Positions 38,968 through 48,863 of a DNA stretch of 64,000 nucleotides are shown one piece after another. Under the pieces are notes generated by a model, which was not told the origin of the DNA, made no database searches, and saw only the letters and a list, made by a program, of their open reading frames with translations. The stretch spans positions 13-64,012 of the forward strand of contig SUZQ01000004.1 of NCBI GenBank assembly GCA_015059875.1. The letters run 5' to 3'. Source of the DNA: Rikenellaceae bacterium (lineage in GTDB: Bacteria; Bacteroidota; Bacteroidia; Bacteroidales; Rikenellaceae). The translations under genes and the position numbers were made by a program. Numbering within the stretch: position 1 is the first letter of the stretch; each line of letters opens with the position of its first letter.

Positions 38968-40030
38968 ATTTAACCTCTTTGTGATACGCCTCGCGGAAGG
39001 CACCAGAAGTTAGGGTTATGCGGCCACAGTGTGCATAACCCATCTTTTTTAGAAGGGAGCGCATAGCGAGATTATCACAATGAGTATCGATGCGGATATC
39101 GGCAATTCCCCGTTCACGACACAACTCCTCCGTATAGTACAAAATCTCCTTGGCTATACCCTTTCTACGACACTCATCAGCAACGGCAATTCGATGTACC
39201 ACGGCGTAGTGATTTTCGTTCAGCCACCCACGCCCCTTAATCTCCGAATAGGTCGGCTCGCCATCAAAAGACACAACAAATGTCGCAGTTACAACTCCAT
39301 TTAATTCAACAACATAGTTATTACTATGTGATATATCGCTTGATATTAGTTCACGGGTAGGATAACCATCTTGCCACTGGTCTATACCATGTTTAGCAAA
39401 CCACCCTTGAGCATCGGAAACAAGCTCCATAATACGCTCCAAGTCGTTTTCGTCACCTTTGCGGAAACGGAGATTTTTACGAATGCCTTTCAGCTGGCGA
39501 CTTAACTCCTTTTCGCATCCTCCAGTAACGCTATTGAGTAGCGAATGAAACTCTGCCGAGTGATTATGATGTACCGTATGACACAATTCATGCAACACAA
39601 CAAACTCCTGCAAATGGGTTGGCAAAGTCATAAGGAATAGCGAGAGCGAAAGATTATTGCGCGATGTGCAACATCCCCATTTTGAACGAGTTGCGCGAAT
39701 TGTAACGCGTCCGTACGAAAATCCATGCTGGCGAGCCAATCGCTCCACCATTGCTGGCAAAATTCGCTTAGCCTCACGACGCAGCGCCTCAATTTGCATA
39801 GGCGAATAGTCTGCACCCTGCATCGCCCGTTCTGCGATCTTTTCGCGCATCTGCAACACCCACTCCACCTTCTCTTCCAAAAAGCGCAATGCCTTGGCGG
39901 TTGAAACAAGGCGCGGATATGACAATCGCACCTCGCCCGACGGCTTTACCGAGAGCGAAATGCGACTTGTAGTCCAACGCTGGCGCAACGAAATATCGCC
40001 AAGACGAGGGTGTTTATATATCTTATCCAT
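38966..40030 (-). CDS. YgjP/DUF45 (M48-like, HEXXH) domain fused to a GNAT acetyltransferase
   Basis: SKWGCC, VVLHELCH..HHNHS; then IDQWQDGYP, HRIAV...RRKGIA, RIDTH..N..M. Confidence 0.85.
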   Translation of the reverse strand: MDKIYKHPRLGDISLRQRWTTSRISLSVKPSGEVRLSYPRLVSTAKALRFLEEKVEWVLQMREKIAERAMQGADYSPMQIEALRREAKRILPAMVERLARQHGFSYGRVTIRATRSKWGCCTSRNNLSLSLFLMTLPTHLQEFVVLHELCHTVHHNHSAEFHSLLNSVTGGCEKELSRQLKGIRKNLRFRKGDENDLERIMELVSDAQGWFAKHGIDQWQDGYPTRELISSDISHSNNYVVELNGVVTATFVVSFDGEPTYSEIKGRGWLNENHYAVVHRIAVADECRRKGIAKEILYYTEELCRERGIADIRIDTHCDNLAMRSLLKKMGYAHCGRITLTSGAFREAYHKEVK

Positions 40031-40056
40031 CAATTCAGATAAGGCGATTCAAATAT

Positions 40057-40788
40057 TTAATCTCCAATTCGTTGGCGAACAACCTCAAACAACATTATTG
40101 CCGCAGCAGCCGAGACATTCAACGACTCGATTGCGCCAATCATCGGAATTGCCAACTGCTCATCGCACAACTTCAAAACCTCCTTCGAAATACCATTCTC
40201 CTCCGAGCCCATAACGATAACGGTTGGCTTGGTCAAGTCGGCATCGTACATCAACTTACGGCTATGCTCGGTAGCAGCAACAATCTGAAAGCCCTCGGTC
40301 TGCAACGACTTCAAAGTATTGCGAATTGAGCCGACACGCGCCACCGGAATACGGGTTAAAGCTCCTGCCGACGAGCGAATAGAGTCTGCATTTACTGGAG
40401 CTGAATTTTTCAGCGAGGAGATAATGCCGTGAGCTCCTGCACACTCTGCCGAACGAGCAATGCCGCCAAAATTGCGCACATCCGTAACATTGTCGAACAC
40501 GACGATAAGCGGCGTTTCATCCTCTGGGACGCGCTCTAAGATATCGGCAACCTCCACATAATCAATCGCTGCTATAACCGCCACTACGCCTTGATGATTT
40601 CCTCGAGTCATTCTATTCAACTTCTCGACAGGTACCTCTTGATAGTGGCGACGATGACGATAGCAGAGGTCTTTCAGGTCAGTCATCAACTGCCCCTCCG
40701 CGCCCTTGCGAATGTAAATTTTTTCAATCTGCTTGCCCGACTCAATAGCCTCAGCTACGGGACGGATTCCAAAGACAATATTCTCCAT
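40057..40788 (-). CDS. rlmB: 23S rRNA Gm2251 methyltransferase (TrmH family)
   Basis: NHQGVVA, DVRNFG.I.R, GSE..G, ESLNVS. Confidence 0.93.
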   Translation of the reverse strand: MENIVFGIRPVAEAIESGKQIEKIYIRKGAEGQLMTDLKDLCYRHRRHYQEVPVEKLNRMTRGNHQGVVAVIAAIDYVEVADILERVPEDETPLIVVFDNVTDVRNFGGIARSAECAGAHGIISSLKNSAPVNADSIRSSAGALTRIPVARVGSIRNTLKSLQTEGFQIVAATEHSRKLMYDADLTKPTVIVMGSEENGISKEVLKLCDEQLAIPMIGAIESLNVSAAAAIMLFEVVRQRIGD

Positions 40789-40789
40789 A

Positions 40790-42718
40790 TTACTGCTGTT
40801 CAGTTATTTCTACTTCGTAAGACGCTTTTTCCCACTCGTGCATCAAGTGGTCATAACGCTCTTTCAATCCATCATACGCCTTGTAATCCTCGGCGTTATA
40901 CTCTGTCGCTGTGGCAAAGCGAGCTTCATAATCGGCAATTTGCTTCTCAACATCTGCCAACTCAGCCTCAATCTGCTCAACATTTTTGCGAAGTTTGCGG
41001 AGCAACTTCTCCTGCTCCTTCTTCTGCTCGTAGGAGAGTTTCCCCTGCGATTGCTCCTGCTTTGCCGCACTCTCAACGGGAGCTTTACGCTCTATTTCGT
41101 GCAGATTTTCGAGTTTACGCTTTTCGAGGAAGTAGTAGATTCCTCCCAGATATTCGCGTACTCCCCCATCGCGGAACTCGTACACCTTATCAACTATTCC
41201 ATCCAAGAACTCACGGTCGTGCGACACAACGACCACCGTGCCATCGAACTTCTGCAATGCAGTTTTAAGGATATCCTTCGAGCGCATATCCATATGGTTG
41301 GTAGGCTCATCGAGAATTAGCAAATTGTGCGGCTCAAGCATCATACGCGCCATTGCCAAACGCGAACGCTCTCCACCCGACAAGACCTTCACTTTCTTGT
41401 CTATATCCTCTCCTCGGAACAAGAAAGCACCAAGTATATCGCGCAAGCGAGTGCGAATATCGCCTACTGCAACTCTATCAAGGGTATCGTACACAGTAAA
41501 GTCGCCATTCATCAAGTCATCCTGATTCTGCGCGTAGTAACCAATACTTACATTCGCGCCAATCTTTATCTCGCCTTCCGACTGTTCCAACTCTCCTATC
41601 AACATACGCGCAAAGGTGGTTTTACCCTCGCCATTGCGACCTACGAGCGCAATTTTATCGCCCTTATGGATGGTAAACTCCGCATTCGAAAAGACTCTAT
41701 GCGAGCCAAAAGCCTTGCCCACGCCCTTAATATCCGCCACAATCTGCCCTGAACGGGGTGCAGGCGGGAACTTAATATTCAGCGTTGCCAAATCCTCCTC
41801 CTCGACCTCGATACGCTCCAACTTGTCGAGTTGCTTGATGCGCGACTGCACCTGATTCGACTTAGTAGGCTTGTAGCGGAATTTCTCGATAAACTCCTCG
41901 CTCTTTTCGATCAATCGCTGCTGGTTTTGATACGCTGCAAGCTGCTGCGCACGACGCTCGGCACGCAGGGTTACAAAGTGCGAATATGGCACTTTATAGT
42001 CGTAAATCTTACCCAACGACAACTCTATCGTGCGAGTGGTCACATTATCCAAGAATGCCCTATCGTGCGAGATTAGCAAGACCGCACCGTTATAGTTCTT
42101 CAGATACTCCTCCAACCACTGAATAGACTCAATATCGAGGTGGTTCGTAGGCTCATCGAGCAGAAATATCGAAGGGCGACGCAATAGCAACTTCGCCAGC
42201 TCTATACGCATACGCCAACCGCCCGAAAATTCGCAAGTCGGCTTATCAAACTCCTCTCTGCGAAAACCCAAGCCGAGCAGAGTCTTTTCGATATCTGCAT
42301 CGCGGGTGTCGCCACCGAGAATGTGGTAGCGGTCATTTGCATCATTCAAGCGGTGCAACAACTTTTCATACTCCTCACTCTCGTAGTCGGTACGCAAGGA
42401 AATCTCCTCTGTCAGTCGCTCAATCTCCGCCTCCAACGCTAAAACCTCCTCAAACGCCTTTGCGGTCTCGGCAATCAGCGTCGTCGTATCAGCCACCTGC
42501 ATCTGTTGCGGGAGGTAGCCGATTGTGCAGTCGGCATTTTTGGTCACAGCACCCGAAGTGGGTTGCTGCAAACCGGCAATAAGTTTGAGTATTGTTGTCT
42601 TGCCAGCTCCATTGCGACCGACCAAGCCGATGCGCTCTTTTGGGTTAACGAGGAACGAAATGCCATCAAACAGCGTCCAACCGCCGAAACTTACAGTGAG
42701 GTTATCTATCGAAATCAT
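40790..42718 (-). CDS. ABC-F family ATPase
   Basis: Two ABC cassettes (GRNGAGKT/FSGGW, GRNGEGKT/LSGGE), LDEPTNH twice, no TM. Confidence 0.95.
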   Translation of the reverse strand: MISIDNLTVSFGGWTLFDGISFLVNPKERIGLVGRNGAGKTTILKLIAGLQQPTSGAVTKNADCTIGYLPQQMQVADTTTLIAETAKAFEEVLALEAEIERLTEEISLRTDYESEEYEKLLHRLNDANDRYHILGGDTRDADIEKTLLGLGFRREEFDKPTCEFSGGWRMRIELAKLLLRRPSIFLLDEPTNHLDIESIQWLEEYLKNYNGAVLLISHDRAFLDNVTTRTIELSLGKIYDYKVPYSHFVTLRAERRAQQLAAYQNQQRLIEKSEEFIEKFRYKPTKSNQVQSRIKQLDKLERIEVEEEDLATLNIKFPPAPRSGQIVADIKGVGKAFGSHRVFSNAEFTIHKGDKIALVGRNGEGKTTFARMLIGELEQSEGEIKIGANVSIGYYAQNQDDLMNGDFTVYDTLDRVAVGDIRTRLRDILGAFLFRGEDIDKKVKVLSGGERSRLAMARMMLEPHNLLILDEPTNHMDMRSKDILKTALQKFDGTVVVVSHDREFLDGIVDKVYEFRDGGVREYLGGIYYFLEKRKLENLHEIERKAPVESAAKQEQSQGKLSYEQKKEQEKLLRKLRKNVEQIEAELADVEKQIADYEARFATATEYNAEDYKAYDGLKERYDHLMHEWEKASYEVEITEQQ

Positions 42719-43365
42719 TATGCATTCAAAATATTAACTATCGCCTCTTCGGGATTCTCCGTCCCAAACACCGACGATCCTGCAACCACAACATCCACGC
42801 CCGCATCGAACACTTCACGCGCATTTTTTGCCGATATGCCGCCATCTATCTCAATCAAGCAGTCGTACTCCTTCTCGTCAATCTCCTTGCGCAAGGCTCG
42901 CACCTTATCGAGCGAATCGGGCATAAACGACTGACCACCAAAACCAGGCTCTACACTCATCACAAGCACCATATCCAACTCCGCGAGATAGTCGAAAATC
43001 TCCTCTGCCGATGTTGCAGGCTTGATGCTGACACCCGCCTTTGCTCCCGCTGCCTTTATCTCGGCAATTGTGGCACGAGGATCAGCGCACGCCTCGTGAT
43101 GGAAGGTTACATAGTCCGCCCCTGCCTCCACAAAACGTTTCACATACTTCTCTGGCTCAACAATCATCAAATGCACATCGAGTACCTTTGTTGTCGCCTT
43201 GCGGACAGGCTTCATTACGGGAAAGCCGAACGAAATATTTGGCACAAAGAGACCATCCATAACATCAATATGCACCCACTCGGCAGCCGAGCGATCAACC
43301 ATTTTGATATCGCGCTCGAGGTTACCGAAGTCGGCAGAGAGTATCGAAGGAGCAACTATTCTCAT
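42718..43365 (-). CDS. rpe: Ribulose-phosphate 3-epimerase
   Basis: APSILSADF, HIDVMDG, MSVEPGFGGQ, IEIDGG; -7 box at 43386-43393. Confidence 0.98.
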   Translation of the reverse strand: MRIVAPSILSADFGNLERDIKMVDRSAAEWVHIDVMDGLFVPNISFGFPVMKPVRKATTKVLDVHLMIVEPEKYVKRFVEAGADYVTFHHEACADPRATIAEIKAAGAKAGVSIKPATSAEEIFDYLAELDMVLVMSVEPGFGGQSFMPDSLDKVRALRKEIDEKEYDCLIEIDGGISAKNAREVFDAGVDVVVAGSSVFGTENPEEAIVNILNA

Positions 43366-43566
43366 ACTACTTTTCTATTTTTGCGCAAAGATAATAAAAA
43401 AGAGGGGATTGCAACGAGAAAAAACTAATGTTTTTTTTTGCAGTTTATAAAATAATGTCATAAATTTGTAGAGTAAAAAGTTACTTTGCGCCAATCAATC
43501 GAAAAAGCAAAGGACAGAAGCGTTGTAAACCAGAAAGTAAACTAACCAAAATAAATCTACATTATT

Positions 43567-45411
43567 ATGAAAAAGTTTTCGCTATTTATTCACATCGCAG
43601 CTGTCGTGGCCCTATTTTGCGTGCCGACATCGTGTTCGCAAGATACGACAGAGAGCGTGGAGATTGCGGGCTATCAGTCGCAACTCACAGTTGGATTGCC
43701 TTCTACCCGTACCTACTTGGGCGACAAGGAGGGCGACACCTATCCTACCTACTGGAGCGACAACGATGCTATTGTTGTAAATGGCGCGGTTTCGACCACC
43801 ACAACAATCAACGACAACAAGACCTCTGCGACATTCTACTTTGCAAATGTTGTGCTTGAGACTCCTTACTACATCACCTACCCATACACCGAGGGCTCGG
43901 CGTGTGCAGAGGGCAAGCCAACCGTAGTATTCAAGAGCGAGCAGAGCTATGTTGCCAACACTTTCGATGCAGGAAATGCCCCTATGTGCGGCTATTTCGA
44001 CGGCAGCGATCAGATTGTATTACAGCACCTTGCAGGCGTTATGCGCTTGTCTATCACGGGTAATTACACCATTTCAACGATTGAGGTTACTGCGCCAGAG
44101 GGCGTTGCTCTTGCGGGCGAATTTGATGTAGATTGCCAAAGCGGTGCAATCTCGGCTATCGAGGGCAAGACAACTAACAAAGTTACCTACACCGCAAATG
44201 AGGCTCTTTCGGCTGACGAGGCAAAGGATTTCTTCATTACTGTTCCTGCAGGCAATCTCGGTGTTTGCAAGGTTGTGATTACCGAGAAGAATGGCTTGTC
44301 GATGAATTTGCAGTGGAGTGCAACCGATGTTAAGGCTGGCGTTGTTCGCGAGTTCAAGGCTTTTCAGTTCAAGGGCGGAGCATCGTTCGAGCTTGGCACT
44401 CTCCCTGCTGAGGATGATGAGTTGGTAATTGAGCCACCTACAGAGAATAAAAATAGAGTTATTTACTACACAAACGGCAGCACCACAGAGCCAACCGTTC
44501 CTACGGACATCAATGTTTTTGGTGCGAATATCGTATCAAATACCTACAACGCCGAAAAAGAGTGTTGGGTTATTAAATTTGATGGCGATGTCACACAGAT
44601 TGGAGAGTATGCATTCACTGATTGCACCTCGCTAACAAGTGTTACAATACCCGATAGTGTTACTTTGATTGGGTTTGGTGCATTCTCTGGTTGTACCTCG
44701 CTGACAGGTATTACGATTCCAAATAGCGTAACTAAGATTGGAATTGAGGCATTTTGTTACAGCTCGCTGACAAGTATTATAATCCCCGATAGCGTTACGG
44801 AGATTGGAGAAACCGCATTCTCAGGCTGCACCTCGATGACAGCATTTTACGGAAAGTTTGCATCTACGGATAATCGTTGCCTTATTGTTGATGGAGTGCT
44901 AAATTCATTCGCACCAGCTGGATTAACTGAATATACTATTCCAGATAGCGTTACTAAGATTGAAAAGTATACATTCTATGAATGCAGCGCGCTGACAAGT
45001 GTTACAATTCCTGATAGCGTTACTTCGATTGGAAGTTATGCATTCTCTTATTGCACCTCGCTGACAAGTGTTACAATTGGCAATAGCGTTAGTTTGATTG
45101 AAGGTTTTGCATTCTTTAATTGCACCTCGCTGACAAGTGTTACAATTCCTGATAGTGTTACTAAGATTGGAGAGCATGCATTCTTTAATTGCACCTCGCT
45201 GAAAGAGGTTTATTGCAAGGCAACTACTCCTCCTACTGGAGAAACTGATATGTTTAACAACAACGCTGAAGAGCGCAAAATTTATGTGCCAATTTCATCG
45301 TTGGAGGCATATAGAACTGCGGAGTATTGGAGCGCGTACGCAGATTCTATCGAGGGTTATTTGACTACCACATTGCCTGAGACCGGAGAGGATCCAGATG
45401 GTATAGAGTAA
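43567..45411 (+). CDS. Surface lipoprotein: fimbrillin-like N-terminal domain plus BspA-type LRR
   Basis: Lipobox TSC; STRT...W...D.I.V, YPY, QSY, PMCG fimbrillin-like pattern; LRR_5 repeats; -7 box at 43461-43468. Confidence 0.85.
   Translation: MKKFSLFIHIAAVVALFCVPTSCSQDTTESVEIAGYQSQLTVGLPSTRTYLGDKEGDTYPTYWSDNDAIVVNGAVSTTTTINDNKTSATFYFANVVLETPYYITYPYTEGSACAEGKPTVVFKSEQSYVANTFDAGNAPMCGYFDGSDQIVLQHLAGVMRLSITGNYTISTIEVTAPEGVALAGEFDVDCQSGAISAIEGKTTNKVTYTANEALSADEAKDFFITVPAGNLGVCKVVITEKNGLSMNLQWSATDVKAGVVREFKAFQFKGGASFELGTLPAEDDELVIEPPTENKNRVIYYTNGSTTEPTVPTDINVFGANIVSNTYNAEKECWVIKFDGDVTQIGEYAFTDCTSLTSVTIPDSVTLIGFGAFSGCTSLTGITIPNSVTKIGIEAFCYSSLTSIIIPDSVTEIGETAFSGCTSMTAFYGKFASTDNRCLIVDGVLNSFAPAGLTEYTIPDSVTKIEKYTFYECSALTSVTIPDSVTSIGSYAFSYCTSLTSVTIGNSVSLIEGFAFFNCTSLTSVTIPDSVTKIGEHAFFNCTSLKEVYCKATTPPTGETDMFNNNAEERKIYVPISSLEAYRTAEYWSAYADSIEGYLTTTLPETGEDPDGIE
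44590..45202 (+). repeat. 69-bp intragenic tandem repeats encoding 23-aa LRR units
   Basis: Recurring TGCACCTCGCTGACAAGTGTTACAATT. Confidence 0.9.
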
Positions 45412-45429
45412 CAAATAAAACCAATCCCG

Positions 45430-45466
45430 AAAAGAGAGCCGAGCAGAATTTCTGCTCGGCTTTCTT
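45430..45466 (+). terminator. Terminator of BspA gene 2
   Basis: AGCCGAGCAGAA-T-TTCTGCTCGGCT; same stem as 33635-33658. Confidence 0.85.
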
Positions 45467-45511
45467 ACATGTATATAATTATATCGCTTTTTTCGGAATA
45501 ATCTACTCTAT

Positions 45512-45714
45512 TGTTGTAAAATAACTCGTCATTGCTATGCTTGATACAAGCCGTGGCACCGCTGCGATTAAGCCGAGGGCAGAGGCTGCTTGCAGACTTT
45601 GCCGAGGCGGAGCAGTGAAGACAAATAGTCAATCTCCCACTGTTAATTTAATAAAAATATAAGGGAGATTGTCGCAGTCGCTACACTCCTTCACAATGAC
45701 GATTTTTTACAACA
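45512..45714. repeat. Nested REP-like palindromic element
   Basis: Outer IR TGTTGTAAAA..TCGTCATTG / CAATGACGA..TTTTACAACA; inner CAATCTCCC/GGGAGATTG. Confidence 0.7.
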
Positions 45715-45803
45715 CTAAACTATATAAATCCGTTGATTTTTGACATAACCCATTTGTCCCATTGGTCACATAAGTCCCATTAGTCCCATTCTTAACGCCC
45801 ATC

Positions 45804-45839
45804 AAAAACCCTCCGCAGAGTTTTTTTTCTGCGGAGGGT
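45804..45839 (-). terminator. galM terminator
   Basis: ACCCTCCGCAGA-loop-TCTGCGGAGGGT with A tract on the left. Confidence 0.85.
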
Positions 45840-45905
45840 AAAGAGAATAATTCTCAATTCTCAACTCTTAATTCATAATTTAGCCGATGGCTAACGACAA
45901 AAGCT

Positions 45906-46958
45906 TTAGTATGTTCGCAACTGGAACACAATCTTATTGCAGTACAACTCGCCCTCGTGCAACAAAATCGAAGGGAAATCGGGTTGATTCACAGCGTCTG
46001 GATGCACCTGACACTCGATAGCCACACCTGCGTAATCCTCATAGCGGCTACCCGACTTTGTGATTGGGCAACCTCCCGAAAGCCAATTACCCGTGTATAC
46101 CATACAGCCCGGTTGCGACGAAAGCACCTTCACAAGGCGACCTGTCTTTTCGCAGCGCAACTCGCCAACCTCGCCCAAGATATTCTTCTGCCAGCCATCT
46201 ACCACAAAGAAGTGATCGTGACCGCGGAACAAGTCGATATGGTTGAAAATCGAGCCGATATCCTTACCCAAGCGATTCCAGTCGGTAAAATCCTGCGCCG
46301 AGCCCTTCATTGGAAGGAGTCGTCCCGTAGGAATCTGCACCTCGTTTGCCTCCAACACAAACTTTGCGTTGAGCTTCAACTCGTGGTCAAGCACCGAGCC
46401 ACTCGCCTCGCCAGCCAAGTTCCAATAGACATGGTTTGTGAGGTTTACAGGCGTTGTGCCGTCGCTCTTTGCGAGGTAGGTAATCTCCAAGTTATTCTCG
46501 TCATCGAAGTCGTAAATCGCCTCCACTGTCAATTCGTGCGGATAGCCCTGATCGCCATCCTCCGAAACGAGCGAGAATACCACACGGTTGGTCTCCACGC
46601 GCGACTCCCACAAGCGGTTAGCATAGCCCTTTGTTCCGCCGTGAAGGTGGTTAGGACCATTGTTAATCTCAAGGCGATACTCCACGCCCTCGACAGTCAT
46701 CTTACCGCCTGCAATGCGGTTAGCAACACGACCAACGCTCTTACCACTTGCCGCACCGTCGCCAAAGTAGCTCATTGGATCACGATAGCCAAGCACAACA
46801 TCGTCGATATTGCCATCGCGGTCAGCGTACTTCACCGAAACGATAGCCGCACCAATATTGGTGAGCTGCACCACGCTACCAAGCGCATTTTTGAGCGTGT
46901 ATATAATTATCGCTTCGCCCTCTGGGGTTGCACCCCAAACATTTTGTTCAATAGTCAT
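45906..46958 (-). CDS. galM: Aldose 1-epimerase (galactose mutarotase)
   Basis: GRVANRI, NHLHGG, NLTNHVYWNL, E.Q..PDAVN. Confidence 0.95.
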   Translation of the reverse strand: MTIEQNVWGATPEGEAIIIYTLKNALGSVVQLTNIGAAIVSVKYADRDGNIDDVVLGYRDPMSYFGDGAASGKSVGRVANRIAGGKMTVEGVEYRLEINNGPNHLHGGTKGYANRLWESRVETNRVVFSLVSEDGDQGYPHELTVEAIYDFDDENNLEITYLAKSDGTTPVNLTNHVYWNLAGEASGSVLDHELKLNAKFVLEANEVQIPTGRLLPMKGSAQDFTDWNRLGKDIGSIFNHIDLFRGHDHFFVVDGWQKNILGEVGELRCEKTGRLVKVLSSQPGCMVYTGNWLSGGCPITKSGSRYEDYAGVAIECQVHPDAVNQPDFPSILLHEGELYCNKIVFQLRTY

Positions 46959-47028
46959 AGTTTTTATTGGCTTTTAGCCATTAGCCATTGGCCATTGGCT
47001 AAATTAAAATTTATATTATATTCCAACC

Positions 47029-47150
47029 TAAAATCGTTGTTGAGCTATTTTTGTGTAATGTTAGGCAACAAAACCACAACATAGTGAGCCTATGTGAGTA
47101 ATTTGGCAACCGACACACTCGTACAAAAAGAGCCAATCAGAACGATTTTA
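47029..47150. repeat. ~120-bp inverted-repeat element, copy 1
   Basis: Perfect 10-bp IR TAAAATCGTT/AACGATTTTA; homologous to 48739-48863. Confidence 0.85.
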
Positions 47151-48683
47151 CTCCAATGGCTTTACATTGGCGATGAGGTAGTCGATTCGCTTCAAGCACT
47201 CCTCCTTACCGATGAACGAAGTAACATCGTACATTCCAGGGCCCTTACCTGCACCAACCAAAGCCAAGCGCAACGAGTTCATAATCTGTCCCATTCCGTA
47301 CTCCTTCTCGGTAATCCAAGCGTGAACAATCTTCTCGGTGTTCTCCAACGAGAAGTCCTCAATCGAAGCCAAAACCTCACGCAACTCCGCCAAACGAGCA
47401 GGATTTTCACCCTTCCAATACTTCTTCAACTGCTTCTCCTCGTACTCGGTTGGAGCTACGAAGAAGTAGGAGGTCAAATCCCACAAATCGCTAACGAAAG
47501 TAGCACGCTCCTTCATAATGAATGCAGCCTTGCCTGCAACCTCGTCCGAAACCTCAATACCATGCTCGCGCAAGATTGGTTGATAGATCGGGCAAAGCTC
47601 CTCGGCTGTCTTGGCGTGCATATACTGCGCATTAAACCACTTCGCCTTATCAGGCTGGAAACGCGCACCAGCCTTCGACACTCGGTCAAGCGAGAAGGCA
47701 TCGATAAGCTCCTGCATAGAGAATATCTCCTGCTCTGTTCCTGGATTCCAACCAAGCAGTGCCAACATATTGATAAACGCCTCTGCAAAGTAGCCATCCT
47801 CACGGTATCCACGAGCCGTTTCGCCCGTTGTTGGCGATACCCAATGGAGTGGGAATACAGGGAATCCCATCTTATCGCCATCGCGCTTTGACAACTTGCC
47901 ACCACCTGTAGGCTTCAACAAAAGTGGCAAATGCGCAAACTCGGGCTGTGTATCGGTCCAACCGAAAGCCTTATACAAAAGGTAGTGCAAAGGCAACGAA
48001 GGCAACCACTCTTCGCCACGAATAACATGCGAAATCTCCATCAAGTAATCATCCACGATATTCGCCAAGTGATATGTTGGCAGTGCGTCTATCGACTTGT
48101 AAAGCACCTTATCATCAAGCGTCGAAGTGTTCACTTCAACATCGCCACGAATCAAATCGTGCATCTTCACAACCTCATTCTCTGGCATCTTAAAACGGAC
48201 TACCCACTGATCGCCACGAGCGATGCGAGCCTCAACCTCCTCTTTCGGCAGCGAAAGCGAGGTCGGAAGGGTTGTACGCACCTTGAAGTTGTAGGCGAAA
48301 GTCTCGCCACGACTCTCATACTCCTTGCGAAGAGCATCCAACTCCTCAGCACTATCGAAAGCGTAGTATGCCCAACCTGCATCCACGAGTTGCGTAGCGT
48401 ACTTCAGATACAAATCGCGTCGCTCACTTTGGCGATATGGAGCGTGTGGGCCACCAACACCGACGCCCTCATCAATCTCAATGCCGCACCACTTGAGTGA
48501 CTCGATAATGTAATCCTCTGCCCCAGGCACAAAACGCTGCGAATCGGTATCCTCGATACGAAGAATCATCTTACCACCATGTCGGCGTGCAAACAAATAG
48601 TTATACAAAGCGGTGCGAACACCACCAATATGAAGTGGTCCTGTTGGACTTGGCGCAAAGCGCACACGAACTTCTCTTTTCAT
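47148..48683 (-). CDS. gltX: Glutamate--tRNA ligase
   Basis: [25 protein letters not shown]. Confidence 0.98.
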   Translation of the reverse strand: MKREVRVRFAPSPTGPLHIGGVRTALYNYLFARRHGGKMILRIEDTDSQRFVPGAEDYIIESLKWCGIEIDEGVGVGGPHAPYRQSERRDLYLKYATQLVDAGWAYYAFDSAEELDALRKEYESRGETFAYNFKVRTTLPTSLSLPKEEVEARIARGDQWVVRFKMPENEVVKMHDLIRGDVEVNTSTLDDKVLYKSIDALPTYHLANIVDDYLMEISHVIRGEEWLPSLPLHYLLYKAFGWTDTQPEFAHLPLLLKPTGGGKLSKRDGDKMGFPVFPLHWVSPTTGETARGYREDGYFAEAFINMLALLGWNPGTEQEIFSMQELIDAFSLDRVSKAGARFQPDKAKWFNAQYMHAKTAEELCPIYQPILREHGIEVSDEVAGKAAFIMKERATFVSDLWDLTSYFFVAPTEYEEKQLKKYWKGENPARLAELREVLASIEDFSLENTEKIVHAWITEKEYGMGQIMNSLRLALVGAGKGPGMYDVTSFIGKEECLKRIDYLIANVKPLE

Positions 48684-48738
48684 TCGAAAATTAAAAATTA
48701 AAAATCAAAAATTAAGAATTTTCTTTTCTTGCATAGCC

Positions 48739-48863
48739 AAAATCGTAAATGATTGAGCTGTTTTTGTGCGATGCGAGGCGACAAATCCGCAGCATAGTGA
48801 GCCTATGTGAGGAATTTGGCTGCCGATACACTCGTGCAAAAAGAGCCAGTCAGAACGATTTTA
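48739..48863. repeat. ~120-bp inverted-repeat element, copy 2
   Basis: AAAATCGT...ACGATTTTA; shares CATAGTGAGCCTATGTGAG and CAAAAAGAGCCA.TCAGAACGATTTTACTCC with copy 1. Confidence 0.85.

Noticed and set aside
44590-45202. CRISPR array or complete DGR in the 69-bp repeats
   Set aside because: Repeats are in-frame coding units without unique spacers; no cas, RT or template repeat in the window
45373-45387. LPETG sortase-like motif at the C-terminus of BspA protein 2
   Set aside because: No following TM helix or basic tail; the protein has an N-terminal lipobox in a diderm organism
45957-47084. 375-aa antisense ORF, and similar ones at 57852..58640, 59593..60522, 54189..55025, 62345..63157
   Set aside because: Fully overlap confidently identified genes on the other strand; no recognisable motifs
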